Positions 19,097 through 26,259 of a stretch of DNA of 64,000 nucleotides are shown here, piece after piece; position 1 is the first letter of the stretch, and each line of letters begins with the position of its first letter. Source of the DNA: a virus; IMG/VR virus record IMGVR_UViG_3300050821_009856, positions 22,248 to 86,247 of that record. The stretch is one strand, 5' to 3'. A model generated the notes under the pieces. It was not told where the DNA came from. It searched no databases and saw only the letters and a list, made by a program, of their open reading frames with translations. Both the position numbers and the translations under genes were made by a program.

Positions 19097-19193
19097 TGTT
19101 AACTCGGCGGCAACTCAATATGAATATGATTTGCTCATCGTGGCTCGGAGGATGGTGGAAGACCGAGTCTACTCTCACGAGACGAATCGATGA
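19038..19193 (+). CDS. small hypothetical protein (51 aa, absent from ORF track)
   Basis: GTG start; stop overlaps the ATG of the next gene; fills the gap. Confidence 0.4.
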   Translation: MNADKKLLRLLGQALMLLDSVNSAATQYEYDLLIVARRMVEDRVYSHETNR

Positions 19194-19429
19194 AGAAGCT
19201 CCAGTTGGCCAAAATGAGCCTGGGCCAGGGCCAGTACCGCGGCAAGGTGAGCCTCGTCAGCGACTCCTGTGAGCCAGGGACCCTGGAGGATCGTCTGTTC
19301 CGACTCGACCTACTGCAAGCCGTTGCCAACGACCCGCAGCTTCAATCCGTAGCCGGCAAGGACTTCCAGACCATGAAGATGTACTTTGCCGGTGGCCAGT
19401 GGCAAATCGACCTGGAGGCGGACCTCTGA
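19190..19429 (+). CDS. hypothetical protein
   Basis: operon packing. Confidence 0.6.
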   Translation: MKKLQLAKMSLGQGQYRGKVSLVSDSCEPGTLEDRLFRLDLLQAVANDPQLQSVAGKDFQTMKMYFAGGQWQIDLEADL

Positions 19430-19713
19430 TGTGCCCGATCTGCGCCAAGAAGCCGGCCAGCCGCTCCACTGTTTTCTGTGACGACCACTTGAAAGTCTGG
19501 GTGGGCAGCCCGGAACGGTATGCCGTCGATTGGGCCTCCGAGGACAGCTATGAAGCGGAGCAAGCACAGTTCGTGGATCGGGTGCGGAAAGAGATGGGGC
19601 CAGGCATTTTCGTGGGTTCAGCCCTGACCTTCCTCCCGATTGAAATTGTAGTACCAACCGGTAGCGACAGCCTTCCGGTAACCAGATCAGACTCGGGCCA
19701 AACGAATGTCTGA
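19429..19713 (+). CDS. hypothetical protein with N-terminal CxxC...CxxH
   Basis: TGATG overlap; GGAGG upstream. Confidence 0.55.
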   Translation: MCPICAKKPASRSTVFCDDHLKVWVGSPERYAVDWASEDSYEAEQAQFVDRVRKEMGPGIFVGSALTFLPIEIVVPTGSDSLPVTRSDSGQTNV

Positions 19714-19978
19714 CCAGCTGTCACCTTTCTCTGGATGCACCCTCAACAAGGCTTGGCTGGACTCCGAGATTCGCCAGGAGGTCGCTGACGCCATCGTCCG
19801 CCTCAATGGCGCGGCTGCTCGATGGGCCAGGGCCACGCCCCAGAACTACTGGGAGGCAGAGCAAGAGTTCCTGAAGTTCTGGATCGACCTGGAGGGTGTC
19901 ATGATTGGCTTCACCGATACCTACGTGCCGCCTGAGCCCCCTAGCCCTGCTCCTTGGCCGCGTCCACTTTCAGCTTGA
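19706..19978 (+). CDS. hypothetical protein
   Basis: operon packing. Confidence 0.55.
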   Translation: MSDQLSPFSGCTLNKAWLDSEIRQEVADAIVRLNGAAARWARATPQNYWEAEQEFLKFWIDLEGVMIGFTDTYVPPEPPSPAPWPRPLSA

Positions 19979-20004
19979 CGATCTGCTCTCGGTAGCGCTA
20001 TGTT
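19975..20004 (+). promoter_or_regulatory. sigma70-type promoter
   Basis: TTGACG-18 nt-TATGTT ahead of the small-gene cluster. Confidence 0.55.
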
Positions 20005-20037
20005 GATGCCGAACGCTTTACCGGGAGAAAAACTCGA

Positions 20038-20361
20038 ATGGATGCTTTGACTGCCGTAGCGATTGCCCTGGCCATTGATCCCGCCGTCGGGGCCTTAGTC
20101 GAGCCTGCTTTTGAGGATGTCGAAGCCCAGGAATTGCTCGACGCCTCGCAGCGTGAGGCCAAGGCCGAGGAGGAACGCCGGAATGCCGCCAAGCGGGCCC
20201 ACCACAAGCAGGTTCGAGCCCGGCGTCGGAAGCAGCAGCGGCGTGAGGCCAAGAGCTTGGGCCACAAGCTCGGCCAGAACTCGCGGAAGTGTAAGTTCTG
20301 CGGCAACAAGCGCCTGACCATCCTGGAGACGAGCTTGCGGTGCCCGGGGAAGCCGTCGTGA
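20038..20361 (+). CDS. basic hypothetical protein
   Basis: GGAG ribosome-binding site; C-terminal CxxC. Confidence 0.6.
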   Translation: MDALTAVAIALAIDPAVGALVEPAFEDVEAQELLDASQREAKAEEERRNAAKRAHHKQVRARRRKQQRREAKSLGHKLGQNSRKCKFCGNKRLTILETSLRCPGKPS

Positions 20362-20564
20362 AGTGGCTCTTGCTCCTGCTGGCACTGGCCGGCTGCGACT
20401 ACGAGGGCCGGGCTGTCCGCGACCTCCGCTACTACCGTGACACCCGAACCGGTATGTGCTACGCCGCGGCGTACGTGAACGTCGCCGGTGACGCGTCGGT
20501 CGCCCTGACCTGGGTGCCTTGCGAGAAGGTGCCGACGAGCCTCCTGCAGGACGTCAGCCAATGA
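20358..20564 (+). CDS. small lipoprotein
   Basis: signal peptide and lipobox KWLLLLLALAGC. Confidence 0.7.
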   Translation: MKWLLLLLALAGCDYEGRAVRDLRYYRDTRTGMCYAAAYVNVAGDASVALTWVPCEKVPTSLLQDVSQ

Positions 20565-21031
20565 AAGTCATCATCATGCGGGGCGGTCCCGGGAGCGGGA
20601 AGAGCACCCTGGCTAGGAAGCTCGCCTCTGAGTTGGAGGCTCAGGGCTACAAGGCTCGGTGCTTCTCTGCCGACTTTTACTTCGAGAAAGCTGGCGTGTA
20701 CCAGTTTGATCGGAACTTGCTCGGGAAGGCCCATGCGGCTTGCCTAAAGGGGTTTGCCCAGGACCTGGTGTTCTGCTACCAATGGCCGAACAAGGACGTC
20801 CTCATTGTAGACAACACGAACACCACTGAGGCCGAGGTTGCCCCGTACGCCCGGTTGGCTCAAGCCTTTGGAGCTGAACTGGAGATCGTTACCGCCGATT
20901 GCGACCAGGCTACCGCCTTCGCCCGGCAGACCCACGGCGTCCCGGAGAAGAACCACAAGTCGATGGCCGAGAGAATGCAGCGATCTCGGCTCCCCAAGGA
21001 GTGGCCGCAGCGGTCGGTGAAGACGTCATGA
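20561..21031 (+). CDS. P-loop kinase (AAA_33 / polynucleotide kinase-like)
   Basis: RGGPGSGKST, SADFYF, IVDNTN, R.THGVP. Confidence 0.85.
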   Translation: MKVIIMRGGPGSGKSTLARKLASELEAQGYKARCFSADFYFEKAGVYQFDRNLLGKAHAACLKGFAQDLVFCYQWPNKDVLIVDNTNTTEAEVAPYARLAQAFGAELEIVTADCDQATAFARQTHGVPEKNHKSMAERMQRSRLPKEWPQRSVKTS

Positions 21032-21192
21032 GCTACAGCGGCAGCATCAGACTCTGGAGCCTTGCTGACCAGGTCGTCGGCGCCGCTCGCCGCTTCAAGA
21101 CGGATCAGCGGCGAGCTAATGCTCGGGCCAAGTTCTTGGACACCAAAGAAATCGAACGAGACTCGACGCCGACGTACAAGAAGAAGTCATGA
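21028..21192 (+). CDS. small basic hypothetical protein
   Basis: ATGA overlaps at both ends. Confidence 0.5.
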   Translation: MSYSGSIRLWSLADQVVGAARRFKTDQRRANARAKFLDTKEIERDSTPTYKKKS

Positions 21193-21338
21193 GGCCATTC
21201 ACTCGCGGTCAGGCTGCCCTGGAGCTGCTGATTTGGGCGCTCTTCCTTGGCGGCTCAGCCGTCGCGACACCGGCAGTGAACTGGTTGGGGATCCGAGGGG
21301 CTATCGTCTGGATCCAGAGAGAACTGGAGACACCGTGA
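21189..21338 (+). CDS. 49-aa Flp/TadE prepilin-like membrane peptide (absent from ORF track)
   Basis: MRPFTRG|QAALELLIWALFLGG: basic leader, Gly at -1, Glu at +5, hydrophobic helix; start and stop overlap both neighbours. Confidence 0.5.
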   Translation: MRPFTRGQAALELLIWALFLGGSAVATPAVNWLGIRGAIVWIQRELETP

Positions 21339-21880
21339 TGAAGAAAATCTTACTGTGGCCGAATCCCAAGCTGAAGCTCGTGAGTGTCGGCGTTGACGTC
21401 GAAGAGACCAACCGAGACCCCGAGGCCATCAAGTCTTTGCGGACCCTGGCTGAGGAGATGGCCGGCATCATGGGCACCCACGGTGGCGTCGGTCTGGCCG
21501 CCATTCAGATCGATGTACCCATTCGGGTGCTGACGACCCTCGTGGACGGCATCCCGCGGGTCTTCGTGAATCCGGTCCTGGTCGCCAAGGACGGTGAGAC
21601 CGAGTTGATGCGAGAGGGCTGCCTGTCCGTGCCTGACTACTACGACCGGGTCCGACGTTATCCGACCGTCACGGTGGAGCACAACCAGCTTCTGCCGGAC
21701 AAGCTCATCGGCCGGGAGACCTACAAGGCCCATGGGTTACTGGCCCAGGTGCTGCAGCATGAATTGGAGCACCTTGACGGACGCCTCTTCATTGACTCAC
21801 TGTCTCCCGCGAAACGCCAAAACATTCGGGGAGATCTTCTGAAGAAACGCCTTGCAGGGCTTCTTCGAGACTACCGGTGA
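21338..21880 (+). CDS. def: peptide deformylase
   Basis: GVGLAAIQ, EGCLS, QHELEHLDG. Confidence 0.95.
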   Translation: MKKILLWPNPKLKLVSVGVDVEETNRDPEAIKSLRTLAEEMAGIMGTHGGVGLAAIQIDVPIRVLTTLVDGIPRVFVNPVLVAKDGETELMREGCLSVPDYYDRVRRYPTVTVEHNQLLPDKLIGRETYKAHGLLAQVLQHELEHLDGRLFIDSLSPAKRQNIRGDLLKKRLAGLLRDYR

Positions 21881-22329
21881 GCGAGCCACGGTGGTTTGAA
21901 GAGCTTCAAGCAGAGGTCAGCGGCATTCGCATCCGCTGTGGGTACCACGGCCTGGACCGCAGCTGCGTCTACAACAGCAGGATGCAGGTACACTTTCAGC
22001 CCGTGGTTGAGATGCCCGCTTGGGTCACCGAGTACCTGGAAAACATCATAATCCCACTCCATCGAAATTGGCCCGCGACCGACCACATAATGGCTGCCCT
22101 GGCCTGTCAGGTTGCCCAAGAGATGGCGAGACTTGAGCACGCGGGCGCGATTTACAGGACGGATGGTGGTGGCTGGAATGATCCTCGTTGGTCTGGGAAT
22201 CACAAGGACCGATGGGCCAAACCGAATCGTACGGCCGAGCTTGAGCAGAGCCTGAAGCTCGTTGAGGCTCAGCGAGACGCCAATGCCGCCCGCGTTAAAA
22301 ATCTCGAAGCGAGATTCGAGAAGCTATAG
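21877..22329 (+). CDS. hypothetical protein
   Basis: GTGA overlap. Confidence 0.55.
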   Translation: MSEPRWFEELQAEVSGIRIRCGYHGLDRSCVYNSRMQVHFQPVVEMPAWVTEYLENIIIPLHRNWPATDHIMAALACQVAQEMARLEHAGAIYRTDGGGWNDPRWSGNHKDRWAKPNRTAELEQSLKLVEAQRDANAARVKNLEARFEKL

Positions 22330-22348
22330 TTCTGCCAAGGAGAAGCAC

Positions 22349-22627
22349 ATGCCCAACTACGCCCCTGAAGTGGTGGTTTCGAAGTCCACCGTTGACCCCA
22401 CCAAGATGGACCACGCTTTCAGCGAGAAGGTCCCGGCCTGGGTGGACGGCTACATCAAGGCCGTCATTGCTCGAAACTTCCAGATCAGTCAGGACCTCGA
22501 CAACCGCCAGTTGAACCAGGTCCTTCAGACTGCCACCAAGGAACTGAATCAGGTCCTGGAGAACCTGGTCAACAGCGGCCTCGTGTTCCGGTCTGGCAAT
22601 TCCGACTTCAAGTCTGCTGGCGAATAG
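22349..22627 (+). CDS. hypothetical protein
   Basis: AAGGAG before ATG 22349. Confidence 0.65.
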   Translation: MPNYAPEVVVSKSTVDPTKMDHAFSEKVPAWVDGYIKAVIARNFQISQDLDNRQLNQVLQTATKELNQVLENLVNSGLVFRSGNSDFKSAGE

Positions 22628-22664
22628 CCGCTATTACCAATCGAACCCAAACCCGAGGAACACA

Positions 22665-23108
22665 ATGCTCAAGTCCATCATCGCAGCCATCATTCTCACT
22701 GGAGCGGTAGCCACTGCGGCGACCGTCACCGTCACCAGCACAAAGGTGACCACCGTCAAGACTACCAAGCAGAAGGCCGTGGACGCTGGAGTGCCTGACG
22801 CTGGCATGTCTGAAGTGGGGGCGAACCGAGCCGCGGTTCGAAAGGATCTGGCGGATCAACTCGACCAGTCTGCCGTACAGATGTCGAGCGACCTCGGTGT
22901 CGATGTCCGGGTCAAGAAGCTCTACTGGGCTGGAGCAGCTCACCCCACCACGGGGTGCATTGCCGTCTTCTCTGTCGGCAAGACCAAGGAGGTCGCCTTC
23001 TTCCTCTACTACAAGGGCGGCGCCTTCAATCGGATCGAAGAGGATTTCGTCACTGAAGATCAGCTTGATGCCGACGGCGTCGAGGTCCCTACCGAGGTTC
23101 AGAAGTAA
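22665..23108 (+). CDS. exported hypothetical protein
   Basis: signal peptide MLKSIIAAIILTGAVATAA; Thr/Lys linker; DAGVPDAG. Confidence 0.7.
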   Translation: MLKSIIAAIILTGAVATAATVTVTSTKVTTVKTTKQKAVDAGVPDAGMSEVGANRAAVRKDLADQLDQSAVQMSSDLGVDVRVKKLYWAGAAHPTTGCIAVFSVGKTKEVAFFLYYKGGAFNRIEEDFVTEDQLDADGVEVPTEVQK

Positions 23109-23293
23109 TGAAGACAGTGTACGTAGAACTCATCAAGAACAACAGGGGGCAGATTGTCGATGCTGCCCCCATTCTTCTCGGCAAGGTCGTCCGCGGCGTC
23201 AAGGACGGTGTTGAACGCGGGTACGTCCAGATCATCAATGGCCACGCCGTTCAGTACTTCGACGACTCCGAGATTCGGGTCTTCCACGTATGA
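23108..23293 (+). CDS. hypothetical protein
   Basis: operon packing. Confidence 0.55.
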   Translation: MKTVYVELIKNNRGQIVDAAPILLGKVVRGVKDGVERGYVQIINGHAVQYFDDSEIRVFHV

Positions 23294-23703
23294 ACCCCAA
23301 CACCACCAGGCTGTATGTTGTAGTTCGTAAGGAGCTTGGTGACCGCCAGTTTGTGGCCCACTTTGGCCATGCTGCACGGGAGGCTTTCTTTGCTCCGCCG
23401 GTGACGAATGCTCTGCCTGTAGCTCCGAGCGAGGATGAAGCGATCGTTGTCCTCAGGGCCAGCAAGAAGCAGATGGAAGACCTTAGGGTCAACCTGATTG
23501 CTGCAGGAATTGCCGTGAAGGCTTGCGTTGAGATTCATGGACCGATGGCTGGCAGTACGCCATCCCTTGGATTCGCCATCTCCGAATACCAGCGCTCCGT
23601 AGTGGATCCGCTGGTCAAGGATCTGAAGTCGTGGGAGCCGCCTGCAGCGGCGATTGCCGAAGAGGAGTTTCCTCCAGCTGCGGGCTCGGGTTGTAGAGCT
23701 TGA
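23290..23703 (+). CDS. divergent peptidyl-tRNA hydrolase 2 (Pth2)-like protein
   Basis: LYVVVRKEL..AHFGHAA..IVVLRA..GI..LGF follows the Pth2 pattern; canonical K and D positions not clearly kept. Confidence 0.55.
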   Translation: MNPNTTRLYVVVRKELGDRQFVAHFGHAAREAFFAPPVTNALPVAPSEDEAIVVLRASKKQMEDLRVNLIAAGIAVKACVEIHGPMAGSTPSLGFAISEYQRSVVDPLVKDLKSWEPPAAAIAEEEFPPAAGSGCRA

Positions 23704-23754
23704 GCGGCTCCTTGAATACGAGAAGGATCGCTATATCGACGATTGTATCGACGA

Positions 23755-26256
23755 TTAGCCGATGACCTGATAGTTCCAGGTGTAGAGCGTGCCGTCGACC
23801 GGAGCGTTTTTGGTTTCTACGGTGAAGCTACCGGCGGCGGCACTAGCCCACCACTGAAGCCCTGCAGCATTGCTGTTGGTCGGCGTCAGCAGGACGACTG
23901 GGGTAGACGCAAAAGCGCCGCGGTTTGCAGCGAAGGTAACAACCCCGAGCGCACCTGCTCCTGACCCAGTACCTGTCGTGATGCTGACGGTTCCGCGGAC
24001 GTCAGTGTTCCCAGCTCCTGGAGTTAGGGTTGGCCCGGAGCCTACGTTGGCGCCAGCGGTTAGTGTAGGGGCGTCACCAGCTTGGAGGCTTTCGCGGAAG
24101 GATACCAAGCGGTCACCGATCGCCAAGTCACCATTAGGGGCGATCGAACCTGCCGGAGCCCCGTACGGATAGGGGCCGAAGTGATTCATGGTCTCGCCAA
24201 GCTCACTCGGCAGGAGACCTCCGGAGAGACGGATGAAGGTTAGTCCGTAGTAGTCCACGTAGCTGCCAGCAATGGGCTGGCCGGCGCTCAAGAATAGCTC
24301 GACTGTATCGGAAGCCTCGGCTACGCCAACGATGTAGAAGACCTCCCACTCCCAGTCGTTGTTGTCCGAGGTTACCCGACTGCTGTCTTGTTGGATCCCG
24401 CCAGTGACCTGTTCGAGAATGATGTTGTTGGTGGAGCCGACAAGGCTCGGTTTGGTCCAAGCTCCGGCGATCATGATTTCGCCAGCGGCTACGGTGCCGA
24501 CGTTGCTATAAACGATCACCGTGCCGTGATTGCCTGCACCATCTGGATTGAGGACGCGGATGGCCCGGTTGCCGCCGAATGGATCTGGGTGTCCGGTCGT
24601 TGTGGTAGTGCTACCAAGGCTTACCCAGTCGCTTGGATTCTTACTGGCGAGGTTCTGCGATTTGACTGCCGAAGGGGCGTTGAGTCTACGCGCTGCATCG
24701 CTGCTAGCGAAGATGCGGCCGTTATAGAAGCCCACGGCGTTTTGGGCAGATAGGGTCTGGAACTGTCCCTGACCGCCGTTACTTGCGATGTAGGTACATG
24801 GCCCAGTTACGGTGGCGCAGTTAATAACCTGGACGAGGTTACTCATGTATGGAAGAGCTGTTGGAACCTGCCCGTAGCCTTTGAACCCGTCGATGTAAAC
24901 GTCCACGTCAGGAGAGTCCGCGGTGGCGCAGTTCTCCAGAATGGAGTAGCCGGCGATGGAGCCGATCGACATGTGGACGCCAGGGCCGATTGGAATGGTA
25001 CCGTCGCTTTCTGTGGTCCAGTCTCGGATCTGAATCTGCCAGGCCGAGCCAGCATAGTAGGCAATGCCGCCGCCGAACCCATAGCAGTGCTCAATGGCCA
25101 TGAGTCCAGCCGGTTGAGTGACTCCCGGCGAACTAGAGGTCAGGAGTACAGCCATTCGCTCTGGCTGTCTGACCCTATTCGGGAACTGCCAGAGGACGTG
25201 GCCGACACCGCTTGGGACCGTGGCGAAGCTTAGCTGGTGAAGGCTGGTGTTGATGGCCGTGACTTGGTGCTTGGTCGCGTAGTCTGTGTCGAAGACGACC
25301 CAGTCGCCAACCATGTAGTTAGATTCCGCGCCGGCCACACCCATCGTGACGTGCCCGGGAGTACCAGGTGAGTCAGTACAAACATCGCCTACACCATTGC
25401 CGGGGATCCGGTTGATGGTCAGACCTGTCGTGACGCCCGTGTTCGAGTCGAGGCCGACGAATCCATTGACCGAGTCGATGCTCGTCACGGTGTGGGCGTT
25501 ACCAGCTACAGTGACGTTCGTTCCTACTCCAAAGTTGGCTGTGTCGGCTGGGTAGTGAAGGGTAGCAACGTGGGTACTTGCGTTGAAGACATCGATGAGG
25601 CCACCTACGTACGGTCCATGGTTTGGATCCGAGTAGTAGTTAGGCGTGAACTCGCAGTGCCGGAAGTACATCCAGAACGAGTAGCCACTGATGACGGCCG
25701 GCGAGGCAACGCCGCTGAAGGTATTGCTAGAGAAAGCGCAGTGGTCGAACTCCAAGTGGCTGCAGGCGTGGGTAGCATCGCCTCCAGGGTTGCCATTGCC
25801 GTCGCAGCCGATCTCCGTGCGGTCCTGGAAGATGAGGTTGCGGAATGTGAACCCAGCACCTGATGTCCCAGCCAGACGCAGCGCCGGCATCCCGTTGTTG
25901 ACTAGCGAGTTGGTTACGGCTAGTCCACCGTTAGTACCAGCCTCCCCGCCCACACCTACAAACTCGGTGCCCCCAAAAGGAAGAGAGTTCAGCCAGTACG
26001 GAGAGCCGGTGTAGAGAGCCGAATCATTGGTCAACCACAGGCCATGAATGCCGTCTGGGTGGAGGTTTGTGTTGTCTGCGATGTAGAGCCTGGCTTTGAC
26101 CGGGATGGCTGCCATTGCCACGAGGGCGCCGTAGACTGTCGCATAGGCGTTGCTCCAGTCCAGTCCTGAGTTGTTGTCGTTCCCCTTTGGATGGACGTAT
26201 CGTTCAACGAAGGAGCTGGTGTAGATGTTCGGGTTATGGATGTAGCTTGTCGGCAT
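23755..26256 (-). CDS. tail fibre / receptor-binding protein (beta-helix-like + carbohydrate-binding-like domains)
   Basis: ERYVHPKGNDNNSGLDWSNAYATV motif; G/S/T/N-rich; full-length paralogue of 26260-29082. Confidence 0.75.
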   Translation of the reverse strand: MPTSYIHNPNIYTSSFVERYVHPKGNDNNSGLDWSNAYATVYGALVAMAAIPVKARLYIADNTNLHPDGIHGLWLTNDSALYTGSPYWLNSLPFGGTEFVGVGGEAGTNGGLAVTNSLVNNGMPALRLAGTSGAGFTFRNLIFQDRTEIGCDGNGNPGGDATHACSHLEFDHCAFSSNTFSGVASPAVISGYSFWMYFRHCEFTPNYYSDPNHGPYVGGLIDVFNASTHVATLHYPADTANFGVGTNVTVAGNAHTVTSIDSVNGFVGLDSNTGVTTGLTINRIPGNGVGDVCTDSPGTPGHVTMGVAGAESNYMVGDWVVFDTDYATKHQVTAINTSLHQLSFATVPSGVGHVLWQFPNRVRQPERMAVLLTSSSPGVTQPAGLMAIEHCYGFGGGIAYYAGSAWQIQIRDWTTESDGTIPIGPGVHMSIGSIAGYSILENCATADSPDVDVYIDGFKGYGQVPTALPYMSNLVQVINCATVTGPCTYIASNGGQGQFQTLSAQNAVGFYNGRIFASSDAARRLNAPSAVKSQNLASKNPSDWVSLGSTTTTTGHPDPFGGNRAIRVLNPDGAGNHGTVIVYSNVGTVAAGEIMIAGAWTKPSLVGSTNNIILEQVTGGIQQDSSRVTSDNNDWEWEVFYIVGVAEASDTVELFLSAGQPIAGSYVDYYGLTFIRLSGGLLPSELGETMNHFGPYPYGAPAGSIAPNGDLAIGDRLVSFRESLQAGDAPTLTAGANVGSGPTLTPGAGNTDVRGTVSITTGTGSGAGALGVVTFAANRGAFASTPVVLLTPTNSNAAGLQWWASAAAGSFTVETKNAPVDGTLYTWNYQVIG

Positions 26257-26259
26257 GGC

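Noticed and set aside
21062-21337. N-terminal extension of peptide deformylase in the ORF track
   Set aside because: Homology begins at MKKILLWPNP (21338); the upstream region is better explained by two small coupled ORFs.
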